NCBI GenBank assembly: GCA_965216605.1
Contig: CBDCGG010000002.1
Span: forward strand, 239,645-303,644
Length of the DNA: 64,000 nucleotides
Direction of reading: 5' to 3'
Origin: Alphaproteobacteria bacterium
GTDB lineage: Bacteria; Pseudomonadota; Alphaproteobacteria; JABAAW01
Position numbers and translations under genes: made by a program. The notes under the pieces are model-generated. The model was not told where the DNA came from, searched no databases, and was given only the letters and a program-made list of their open reading frames with translations. Within the stretch, counting starts at the first letter, position 1. Each line of letters begins with the position of its first letter. This document shows positions 53,597 to 64,000 of the stretch, piece by piece.

Positions 53597-54499
53597 CTAC
53601 GAGCGCGTAGCTGTCCATCCGTGCAACACAAGCGCGTGGAACTCTGCGAAAAGACGCCCATCTTTACGAGGATACAAGCTGTCCGCAAGCTCGATCACCT
53701 CTCTCGATAAAGGTGTCGTCTCGGCGATCGCCCCCGATTCGCCCATCGTCTGCACATCGCGTAACAAATCCCACAGGTTCTCGTAGTCCGCCTCGACATA
53801 AAAGCTCTCGGCAAAGGGTTGGCGCAAAAAAGGCAGATCGCGCATGGCGTTGCCAACACGCTCCAAAGAAGGAAAAGGAGGAACGCGCAAACAAACACGA
53901 CTTCGCAACCGCGCTTCAGCTTGCAACAAGGTTTGCGCCAAAACACTCAGCGTCCCCTCGCCAAAAGTGACGGCGTAAAAAGGCGCGTCCGTCCTCAACA
54001 AAGCCGCTAGTCCCGTCAAGGCACGCGACAAGTCCTGCTCCCAATGCAGCGAAAAAAACGACAGAGCCGCGTCGAACGGCTCCATCTCCTCCGCAAGCGA
54101 AGCCTTGATGCGTACCTTCGCACGCAACTCCGCGCATAACTTTTGCTCCTCAAGCCGAGAGACGTTTTGCTCCAGCAACATCGTCAAACACCGAGAAGGC
54201 TCGCACAAAGTCAGCTCGCCCATGCGCTGCAAAGCTCCTCCGTCCGCCAAAGCCTGCAACAAAGCCCCGTCGCGCGGCGTGAGCGCAACAACACGCCGCA
54301 AAGGCTTTTTCAAATCAAGCCACTTGTCCGCCAATACCTCGCCCGCATGGCGAAAAAGAAACTCGGCATCCCTCCCCCGTAGTGCACGCCTTGCGACAAT
54401 GCGCTCGCGCAACGCCAAACGCCTGCTCAACGAAACGCCAAACGCTGCCTCCTCCTTTCTCCGCCCCTCGTTCCCCTCGCAACCAGCTCCACCGCTCAC
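53597..54499 (-). CDS. class I SAM-dependent methyltransferase-like protein (NDUFAF5/BioC-like) with degenerate motif I
   Basis: FDAALSFFSLHWEQDLSRALTGLAALLRTDAPFYAVTFG resembles the post-I motifs of NDUFAF5-like methyltransferases. The expected glycine-rich motif I is replaced by VVALTPRDGALLQAL. Confidence 0.4.
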   Translation of the reverse strand: MSGGAGCEGNEGRRKEEAAFGVSLSRRLALRERIVARRALRGRDAEFLFRHAGEVLADKWLDLKKPLRRVVALTPRDGALLQALADGGALQRMGELTLCEPSRCLTMLLEQNVSRLEEQKLCAELRAKVRIKASLAEEMEPFDAALSFFSLHWEQDLSRALTGLAALLRTDAPFYAVTFGEGTLSVLAQTLLQAEARLRSRVCLRVPPFPSLERVGNAMRDLPFLRQPFAESFYVEADYENLWDLLRDVQTMGESGAIAETTPLSREVIELADSLYPRKDGRLFAEFHALVLHGWTATRS

Positions 54500-54505
54500 C
54501 TGACG

Positions 54506-56254
54506 CTACTCAGTCAAAGGCGGCACAACAACCCACCCCACCAGCGGCGCAGGAATGCCGCGCACTCGACTTACCTCCACCCCAAAAATTTTCAACCACG
54601 GCACAGCTAAAGGCGTTTGCAACGCGTAAGGTCTGTCGCGTAAAACTTGACGATACCTAGGCGGCAACCCCTCGTCCGCGCTGCGCGCAAACCACAGCAG
54701 AACGCCTCCCTTCTCGCGCCACTCCTCGCGACGATCGGCAACCCACGCCGTCCTCTCGTCAAACAGCGTGACAACATTCGGGCGCGAAGGCGCAAAAAAC
54801 GCAACATTGCCCGCAAGCCATTTGCCGCCAACAATCGACAAGGGCGGATAACCCTCTCGCCTCCAGCCGTCTGCAACCTTCCTCGCCAAAAACTTGCCGT
54901 CAAAAAAAGGACGCAAACTAGGAGGCATGCCAACCCGCAACAACGTGCGCAACAACTCCTCCTCATTATTTTTCTCTATATTTTGCCCTCTACCTTGCCG
55001 CTCGCTACGACCAAGCAAGCTGTCTACAGCCGAACGCGTCGAAGTCTCAGGCTTCGTCGTCACCTGATAGGGACCGTCGAACAACCACGCCTTTCGCGGC
55101 GACACGACAAAAGGCAAGGACAACACCCCTGCCGTCGTCAACAAGACAAGTCCCCCCCACACAGCAAAGAAAACAGGCAACCTTCGACGGATCGTGTTCT
55201 GACTGATCACTTTCCTGCAAAAATAAAAGAGCGCAATTCCCGTCAAGTTCCAATAGAACAAACCCCACAGGCTGTGAATGTAACGCTGCCCGAACATCGA
55301 CAAGGCAATCGAGACGGCAAAGGGCAACAGTCCCATAGTCAGCAAAAAAGCTTTTTTGTCGCGCGCAGAACAAGCCTGCTCATGGCAGGGGGGGTGAGGA
55401 AAGGGTTGCGGTTTTTCGCGCCACGGCAGAAATACAGCGAAGCACAAAAGAACGGGAAGCATATTGGCGATCTGCCCGTAAGTGAAGCGCAAGGGAAAGT
55501 ACAACATGGGGAAGAACGGCGCAGTGAATTTTTGCGATATCTGCGCCGTTGCGTAAGCGAAGGTTGCGTAGTCGTTGTGTGCGACCCACCACCAGTGCGG
55601 CAGAGTAAGAATCCCGAATAGTGCCATCGCCGCGTACGGCTTGTAGGTCTTGAGATATGCCCTCCAACGAGGACGCGTCAGTAATGTCGTAGCAGCCGCA
55701 AGAAGCAACAGAGCCGCCGCGTATTTTGTCAGCATCGCGAGCGTTGCCACCACCGCGAGCACCATCCACCATCGAGCGCGTCCATCGTCGAGAGCTTTCC
55801 ACAGAAAAAAGTTGAAGGCAGCCCAAAAAAACAACAGGACAGAGTTGCTGGCGTAGGTGAGACTGTAAAAGCTGTAGAAGAGCCCGCAGGCAAGAACCAC
55901 GCTCGCAAGCAGAGCAGACAAGGGCGCGAGAAACTCTTGAGCCAACCGCCAAACAAAAAAATAGGTCGCGAGTAGCGTGATTTGCCCAACAAGATAATAC
56001 GAAGAAAGTGTGTCGGGCAAAAAGAACAAGAAAACCTTAAGAATCCACGCCGGCATGGCAGGATGTTTCTTCCCGCTCCACTGCAACTCGCGCGACCATT
56101 GGAGAACCTCTGCCGCGTCCGTTTGCAAGCCCGGATGCAGCAAGGTAAAAACAGCGACAAGGACAACCGCTTTTAGCGTTAGGAGAATTAAAAGAAAAGT
56201 GCCGAGGTTTTCCTTCTTAAAAAAATTAGAGGTGGTGGGATGTTTTGATTCCAC
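54506..56254 (-). CDS. GT-C fold glycosyltransferase, family 39/83-like (ArnT/PMT-like) with C-terminal periplasmic domain
   Basis: 582 aa, about 11-12 predicted TM segments, N-terminal region (KKHPAMPAWILKVFLFF...YYLVGQ) resembling ArnT/PMT family. Confidence 0.55.
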   Translation of the reverse strand: MESKHPTTSNFFKKENLGTFLLILLTLKAVVLVAVFTLLHPGLQTDAAEVLQWSRELQWSGKKHPAMPAWILKVFLFFLPDTLSSYYLVGQITLLATYFFVWRLAQEFLAPLSALLASVVLACGLFYSFYSLTYASNSVLLFFWAAFNFFLWKALDDGRARWWMVLAVVATLAMLTKYAAALLLLAAATTLLTRPRWRAYLKTYKPYAAMALFGILTLPHWWWVAHNDYATFAYATAQISQKFTAPFFPMLYFPLRFTYGQIANMLPVLLCFAVFLPWREKPQPFPHPPCHEQACSARDKKAFLLTMGLLPFAVSIALSMFGQRYIHSLWGLFYWNLTGIALFYFCRKVISQNTIRRRLPVFFAVWGGLVLLTTAGVLSLPFVVSPRKAWLFDGPYQVTTKPETSTRSAVDSLLGRSERQGRGQNIEKNNEEELLRTLLRVGMPPSLRPFFDGKFLARKVADGWRREGYPPLSIVGGKWLAGNVAFFAPSRPNVVTLFDERTAWVADRREEWREKGGVLLWFARSADEGLPPRYRQVLRDRPYALQTPLAVPWLKIFGVEVSRVRGIPAPLVGWVVVPPLTE

Positions 56255-56305
56255 GGCAGGTTTTTATTGGCTGTTGGTCTTGTCATTTTTTCCGTGCAGA
56301 GAAGG

Positions 56306-56425
56306 GACGGCAACGCCCTACTCTTCCACGCCACGAGGACGCAGTACCATCGGCGCAGGAGGCTTTCACGTTCGAGTTCGGAAAGGGATCGGGTGTTGAG
56401 CCCTCCGCTATGATCGCCGCCCCGT
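56306..56425 (-). rRNA. rrf: 5S ribosomal RNA
   Basis: Reverse complement ...GGCGGCGATCATAGCGGAGGGCTCAACACCCGATCCCTTTCCGAACTCGAACGTGAAAGCCTCCTGCGCCGATGGTACTGCGTCCTCGTGGCGTGGAAGAGTAGGGCGTTGCCGTC matches the 5S consensus (CCGAACTC.GAAGTGAAAC, GCGCCGATGGTA, GAGAGTAGG). Confidence 0.85.
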
Positions 56426-56563
56426 CACTGCACGGAGATAAAGTATAAATTTTTTGCGACAAATTTGTCGTTTTTTGTTTTGAGAACGCTTTTCAATTTG
56501 AATTTCTGTCACAGCACTATCTATGGGCTGAGGCGCTGCTTGCGTTTTGTCGATGCAAAGAGC

Positions 56564-59410
<2,847 letters not shown>

Positions 59411-59760
59411 GCTCTTTGCTGACAATTCGCAAGCAGCGCCTCAACTCATAGAGGGCTGCTGTTGACAGAAATTGTGCGTTCTTTCCGATTTCACAAAACT
59501 CCGTGCGCAACACGCCGACAGAGCCAGAAAATCGAATTCTTACAAACGATGGACTTGTTCAATAGTTCCCCCCCGAAACGCCTCTCGTATTGCAAATACA
59601 AGCAGCGCGAAGCCCATAATAGCCGAGCCAGTACTAGAGCGCAAGATAAAAAGCACAAAAAACGCCTCAACGATAAAAAAACATGCAAGCGAAAATTTTC
59701 CCATCCTCCCCTCTTTTGCTCCCCTCTTTGTGCGCCTTGCCTCAAAGCAACTTGCGTAGA

Positions 59761-59841
59761 AAACGACGCTCTCATGTCGCATTCTCACTTCCGATAACGC
59801 TTCTCAGGCTTACGGAACGCTCCGCTAGCGATGCAACAGAA
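59761..59841 (-). repeat. partial, internally deleted duplicate of a 23S segment (the region flanking the helix-45 IVS) in the rRNA leader
   Basis: ctcatgtcgcattctcacttccgata...aggcttacggaacgctccgctagcgatgcaacagaatctgtccgtcg matches 58052-58154 except for a 28-nt internal gap, same orientation as the rRNA. Confidence 0.8.
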
Positions 59842-59864
59842 TCTGTCCGTCGGCAATCATTTCA

Positions 59865-60122
59865 TCATTTAAATGGTGCTTCAACGCTTTTAGGACTCAA
59901 AGTCCACCCAGCAAAAGCATCCTTCTTTGCTTTTATACGAGCCGTGTAAACCTCTCCTGTGTCGGGGTGTGTTATCTCTACACGGTAATTGCCACTACCA
60001 TTAAGAACCGCCGCATCAGGTGTCAGACCCTTGGCCACCACAACACCTGTTTCCTCATTGAACACAGAATACTTCGCTCTGACCTCTCCCGCAGAACAGA
60101 ACATTTTGCGCTCTGCTTCCAC
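59865..60122 (-). CDS. small hypothetical protein; upstream out-of-frame lipoprotein signal (SLALLGGC) suggests a frameshifted small lipoprotein gene
   Basis: 85-aa ORF (GTG start) ...NGSGNYRVEITHPDTGEVYTARIKAKK.... A lipobox-containing signal peptide lies directly upstream in another frame. Lower GC than surroundings. Confidence 0.35.
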   Translation of the reverse strand: MEAERKMFCSAGEVRAKYSVFNEETGVVVAKGLTPDAAVLNGSGNYRVEITHPDTGEVYTARIKAKKDAFAGWTLSPKSVEAPFK

Positions 60123-60155
60123 TCAACACACCCCCCTAACAAAGCAAGCGAAACG

Positions 60156-60455
60156 CTAACAGAAAAAGCAACAAAGGCGACTCGCGCCATTCATCATCGA
60201 CCCTCGGAAGCAAAACATTCCTCCGCTTCGTTTTTGGAGCAATCGATAACAATAGGAGGTTGGTTTTTCCAGAAGTAAATGACTCTCGTTATTCACGCCC
60301 AAAACGCTCCCACTACCCTGAAACCACTGAGTTTGCTCGAAAAGTGTATTGCGAGAGACCGCGAATTTGTTGTCGCCCAACGGCGCAACTCCTGATGAAG
60401 TCGTAGCTATTTCTTTCGTGGTGCAACCGCCGCTAATGCCAGCCGCTCCAACCAC
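60156..60455 (-). CDS. small putative lipoprotein (signal peptide + lipobox ISGGC), no canonical start codon found
   Basis: Extended frame KIFSFLAVVGAAGISGGCTTKEIATTSSGV...; mature part is homologous to the frameshifted paralog at 60480-60722. Confidence 0.35.
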   Translation of the reverse strand: MVGAAGISGGCTTKEIATTSSGVAPLGDNKFAVSRNTLFEQTQWFQGSGSVLGVNNESHLLLEKPTSYCYRLLQKRSGGMFCFRGSMMNGASRLCCFFC

Positions 60456-60479
60456 CGCAAGAAAAGAAAAAATCTTGCA

Positions 60480-60722
60480 AAATTCTTCTTGAAAACTTCC
60501 TCACTATTTACCAAGTTCTACGCAGACATTACCCTTGGAGCAATCGTAAACTATGGGAGTCTTGTTTCCACTCTTTCCCTTGACATTGGTATACTTTTGA
60601 AACCACAACCCTGCCTTGCCAAAGAAGTGATTCCAGAAGAGTAGTAGTATCAGTCAAAAGAACACCCCCCAAGTGTAACTACACCGACAAGAGCTGCAGC
60701 TGCGATAATAGATTTTTTCATA
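60480..60722 (-). pseudogene. frameshifted paralog of the small lipoprotein gene
   Basis: MKKSIIAAAALVGVVTLGGCSFD-stop; the +1 frame continues LLTDTTTLLESLLWQGRVVVSKV...SHSLRLLQG, alignable with 60156-60455 (LFEQTQWFQGSGSVLGV...SYCYRLLQKRSGG). The shift lies in a T-run just after the lipobox. Confidence 0.4.
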
Positions 60723-60973
60723 TCATCCTCCTTCAAGGATTTTGAGGAAACTGCCTTTCGCGCTCGTGGCTAAGGCACTGCCTTATAGCATTCCATCAGA
60801 GGCATACTCTCTCGGCAGATAGGGCGACAATAGCACTAAAAAAGGTTTTGTCAACCTTTTTTTTGCTTTTTTTCCGCGTCTCCTTTTTCCTTGTTTGTGC
60901 GCGCGTTGGAGTTGGGAACAGACAACTCGACGTGCGCCTTGCCTCTCGGCACGCCTTGCGCCATAGTGGAGGG

Positions 60974-61642
60974 ATGGTCGCGTTCGCTCCCTCGCTCTTG
61001 TCGGCTTCTTTTGCAACGCTCGGCGAGACGGTCACCGACTTCGAGGCTGCCGCGCCTGCCTCGCGCCCCGACCTGCTGCACTTCGACCTGATGGACGGAC
61101 ACTTTGTCCCCAACCTCACCTTCGGCACGCAGGTCATGAGAGATCTGCGAGGCTTGACCGCTATTCCCTTCGACGCGCATCTCATGGTCGAGAACCCCGA
61201 ACGCTACATCGAGGCTTGCGCGCAAGCCAAGGTCGAGCGCGTCACCATCCACGCCGAGGCGACGCATCACTTGCCGCGCCACCTTGCGCAGATAAGGGAG
61301 CAAGGCATGCTCGCAGGGGTTGCGCTCAACCCCGCGACATCGCTAGAGAGCTTACGGTGGGTCAAGCAGGACTTACAATTTTTGCTCGTCATGGGGGTCA
61401 ATCCTGGCTTCAGCGGACAAGCCTTCCTGCCGCAAACGATCGAGAAGGTCGCAGCCGCACGGGAGATGCTACCCGCAACTTGCGTCATCGGTGTCGATGG
61501 CGGCGTAGCTGCTGGCAACGCGGCGCAACTCGTGCGCGCAGGAGCCGCTATGCTGGTCGCAGGCAGTAGCCTGTTTGGAGAGGGCAAACCTTTGGAGGCG
61601 TTGCAAGCCCTGCGCAAAGTCGTCGCAGCGACGGAGCATTAA
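60974..61642 (+). CDS. rpe: ribulose-phosphate 3-epimerase (Rpe)
   Basis: MVAFAPSLLSASFATLGE...HFDLMDGHFVPNLTFG...DAHLMVENP...GVNPGFSGQ signatures. Start moved to an internal Met matching the family N-terminus. Confidence 0.9.
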   Translation: MVAFAPSLLSASFATLGETVTDFEAAAPASRPDLLHFDLMDGHFVPNLTFGTQVMRDLRGLTAIPFDAHLMVENPERYIEACAQAKVERVTIHAEATHHLPRHLAQIREQGMLAGVALNPATSLESLRWVKQDLQFLLVMGVNPGFSGQAFLPQTIEKVAAAREMLPATCVIGVDGGVAAGNAAQLVRAGAAMLVAGSSLFGEGKPLEALQALRKVVAATEH

Positions 61643-63003
61643 TGATCGCACGATACGCCAAGCCTGAGATGGTCGCCCTTTGGTCGGAGCAACGACGACA
61701 AGAGCTGTGGTGCCGTGCTGAGGTTGCTCTCGCGCAGGCGCAGGGCGAGCAGGGAGTCATTCCGCAAAGTGCGGCGGCGGTGATTGCAAAGCATGCGTTT
61801 GCCGACGAGGCGCTCGTGCGGCGCAGCGCAGAGTTGGAAAAAGAGACCCGACACGATGTCACAGCCTTCCTCCGCGCGATCGAAGAAAGAATCGAACGAG
61901 AGGAGGAGAAGAAAAATAGCGATGCCGCGCGCTTCCTCCACTTCGGAGCAACCTCATCCGACATCCTCGACTCTGCCTTCGCCATGCAGCTGCTGCAAGC
62001 AACGCATGCTATAGGGCAAGATCTGACGGCGCTGCTGAAGGCACTGTGCGCGAAAGCCATCGAGCACAAGCACACGCTTTGTCTCGGACGCAGCCACGGC
62101 ATGGCGGCGGAGCCTACGACCTTCGGTCTCAAGTTGCTGGGCTTTTATGCCGAAGGCGCGCGGGCAGAGCAGCGTTTAGAGCGCGCGCGGCGCGAAATTG
62201 CGAGCGTCTCGTTTTCCGGCACGGTCGGACAGCACGCCTTCGTAAGCCCTGCGACCGAGCGACGCGCGGCAGAAATTCTGACCGAAAAACACGGCGCGGA
62301 GTGGGGCGGGATGGTGCTTGCTTGCGAGCCTTGTGCGACGCAGGTTATTCCTCGTGATCGCCATGCTATGCTTTTTGCAACCTTTGCTATCACGGCATCT
62401 TTCTTGGAGCGGCTCAGTACCGAGATACGCCACTTACAACGCAATGAAGTAGCCGAGCTGCGCGAAGCCTTTGGCGAAGGACAGACGGGTTCTTCCGCCA
62501 TGCCGCACAAGCAGAACCCCATCTTGAGCGAGAACATCACAGGATTGGCACGACTTCTGCGTATGCCTTTGCAAGCCGCCTTGGAAAACATCGCTCTGTG
62601 GCACGAACGCGACATTTCTCATTCCTCCGTCGAGCGCGTGATTGCTCCCGATAGTTGCATCACGCTCGATTTCGCCTTGCAGCGCATGACCTCTGTCATC
62701 GAGGGCTTGCAAGTCTTCCCGCAGCGCATGCGCCGCAACATGGAGGCAACGCACGGCACGATCTTCTCGCAAGGGTTGTTGATCGCGCTCGTGCAAAAAG
62801 GGCTTTCGCGCAAGAAAGCCTACGGCATCGTGCAACGCGCGAGCCTGCGGGCAACTTCGGACGCAACCCCTCTCTTCGAGGCTTTGAAAGACGACGCGCA
62901 AGCCAACACGCTGCTCGACGCGCACGATTTGAAACAACTCGAAGACCTCACACCCTATACGCGCCATGTCGATACTCTGTTTGAACGCGTGCTTGCACGA
63001 TAG
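61642..63003 (+). CDS. purB: adenylosuccinate lyase (PurB)
   Basis: MIARYAKPEMVALWSEQRRQELW..., fumarate-lyase signature GSSAMPHKQNP, about 450 aa. Confidence 0.9.
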   Translation: MIARYAKPEMVALWSEQRRQELWCRAEVALAQAQGEQGVIPQSAAAVIAKHAFADEALVRRSAELEKETRHDVTAFLRAIEERIEREEEKKNSDAARFLHFGATSSDILDSAFAMQLLQATHAIGQDLTALLKALCAKAIEHKHTLCLGRSHGMAAEPTTFGLKLLGFYAEGARAEQRLERARREIASVSFSGTVGQHAFVSPATERRAAEILTEKHGAEWGGMVLACEPCATQVIPRDRHAMLFATFAITASFLERLSTEIRHLQRNEVAELREAFGEGQTGSSAMPHKQNPILSENITGLARLLRMPLQAALENIALWHERDISHSSVERVIAPDSCITLDFALQRMTSVIEGLQVFPQRMRRNMEATHGTIFSQGLLIALVQKGLSRKKAYGIVQRASLRATSDATPLFEALKDDAQANTLLDAHDLKQLEDLTPYTRHVDTLFERVLAR

Positions 63004-63064
63004 AAATCACTCCATCTTTGCGTGGATTCGCGCGCGGTTTTTTACCGCTCTGTTGGGATTCGCA

Positions 63065-64000
63065 ATGTCGGGAGTTATTGGAGTCAATGGGTTTTGTGCG
63101 CGCAGCGCCGAAGCGCAACGGCTAGAGCCTGAGGTGGGGGGGCTTTCCCCCGAAGAGCTATTGCTTGCTCCCGACAGGCTGGAGGCTGGCGAAGGCGGCA
63201 TCGTCGAGCGGTGGCAAGCGATCAGATCCTTCATGGAGAAGGGCTTGCAAAACTTCGAGCGCGGTATCGCGCAGGTGTCGCTCACGCGCGCGCTGCTGCA
63301 AACGCAGGGCTGGCAGGCGGCGCAGGACTTTGCCTCCTCGATCGACGAGCCTGTTTGGCGTGCACGCGCGTTGATGACGGTCGCCGCAGCGCAGTTTGCC
63401 ACGCCCAACGGACAGCGATTCGGACGGCTCAATTTGGAATCGGCATTTTCCATCTTGCAAAGCATTCCTGAAAGGCGGCTGGGCGACGAGGGCGAGGAAG
63501 GATTTCGTCTTGCGGGAGAACTCTACGCGAGGCAGGGCTTTTTCCAACAAGTCTCGCAGTACCTGAAGGCAGAGCAGCAAGTTCGACCGCGAACACGCTT
63601 TTTGGAAGGCGCGTTGCCGTACCTCTCGGCGAGCGCGCTTGGCTTAGTGCAAGGCGATCACGACACCTTCATCAACGACCTGCTGTTGCAAGCCACCCGC
63701 CGTAGCCGTCTGGAAGACCTCTTGCGTCTATCCGACTATTCGCAGCAACAGGGCAGGACGCGCTCGGCGAACCGCTTGCTGTTCGAGGCTTATCGTCGCA
63801 CCCTGCTGCTGCCGCCCAGCGAGGAGCGCAATGGCGATCTCGTGCGCGTGGCGAGACACATGCTCGCTAGCAACGCATTTCGCGACGCGCTCAGAGCCAT
63901 TCGCCGTGTCGAAAATGCCTTTCTGCAAAGCGGACTGCTCGCCGAGACGGGAAGAAGGATGATTCAAAACAAGATGGAATACGCAGGACAGCCCCTCATG
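63065..64000 (+). CDS. hypothetical protein, probable signal peptide, helical repeat-like; runs off window end
   Basis: Frame open from 63008 to the window end with no stop (hand translation). ATG at 63065, preceded in-frame by the hydrophobic FFTALLGFA. No ORF-track entry because there is no stop in the window. Confidence 0.4.
   Translation, partial: MSGVIGVNGFCARSAEAQRLEPEVGGLSPEELLLAPDRLEAGEGGIVERWQAIRSFMEKGLQNFERGIAQVSLTRALLQTQGWQAAQDFASSIDEPVWRARALMTVAAAQFATPNGQRFGRLNLESAFSILQSIPERRLGDEGEEGFRLAGELYARQGFFQQVSQYLKAEQQVRPRTRFLEGALPYLSASALGLVQGDHDTFINDLLLQATRRSRLEDLLRLSDYSQQQGRTRSANRLLFEAYRRTLLLPPSEERNGDLVRVARHMLASNAFRDALRAIRRVENAFLQSGLLAETGRRMIQNKMEYAGQPLM

Noticed and set aside
59462-59797. 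Plus-strand ORFs overlapping 23S/5S rRNA and the rRNA leader (e.g. 56952-57251, 57682-57933, 59462-59797)
   Set aside because: They lie inside rRNA genes on the opposite strand, so they are artefacts of ORF calling.

Overview
This window reads as a high-GC (about 60%) chromosomal segment of an alphaproteobacterium-like genome, gene-dense on both strands and mostly housekeeping. Taxonomic hints, all inferred from gene content: hemC-hemD-mitofilin-like-hemY synteny, a DUF4167 protein, a short alpha-type ProRS, lptF-lptG-lptD-surA-pdxA-rsmA synteny, RpoZ with an acidic tail, and a 23S-5S rRNA unit with no adjacent 16S. Features I can support, in order: (1) a flagellar cluster flgI, flgJ-like, flgN-like, flgK on the minus strand. 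(2) A HicB/HicA toxin-antitoxin pair with paired palindromic operators. (3) An aminotransferase, a family-4 uracil-DNA glycosylase with an apparent frameshift, and threonine synthase fused to about 330 aa of acidic repeats. (4) polA, a secreted transglutaminase-like protein, proS and lolCD. (5) A YnjBCD/ThiBPQ-like ABC importer, a CinA-like protein, SRP RNA (ffs) directly upstream of dnaX, then acpS, pdxJ, rpoZ and degP. (6) An MttB-family methyltransferase, two hypothetical envelope proteins, yggT, and a hisS gene that changes abruptly from GC-rich to AT-rich, is frameshifted, and runs into a 1.2 kb AT-rich island. (7) prfA, a frameshifted prmC, hemY, a Mic60-like gene, hemD, hemC, a thiolase, tRNA-Val, folK and tRNA-Thr. 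(8) lptFGD, surA, pdxA, rsmA, gltX, a degenerate methyltransferase and a GT39-like glycosyltransferase. (9) 5S and 23S rRNA (the 23S carries a helix-45 intervening sequence), a cluster of small disrupted lipoprotein genes, then rpe, purB and a partial hypothetical gene. I found no CRISPR array, IS element, phage block or recognisable defence island. The most interesting signals are non-genic: a dispersed, hairpin-rich repeat family (two full copies and two fragments) whose stems show compensatory changes between copies; very many 12-16 bp tandem repeats, both in-frame inside essential genes and as AT-rich arrays upstream of genes; the compositional chimerism and pseudogenisation of hisS; several frameshifted genes (udg, prmC, hisS, lipoproteins); and a duplicated 23S fragment in the rRNA leader. 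No database search was possible, so all homology calls rest on motif recognition in the translated ORFs.
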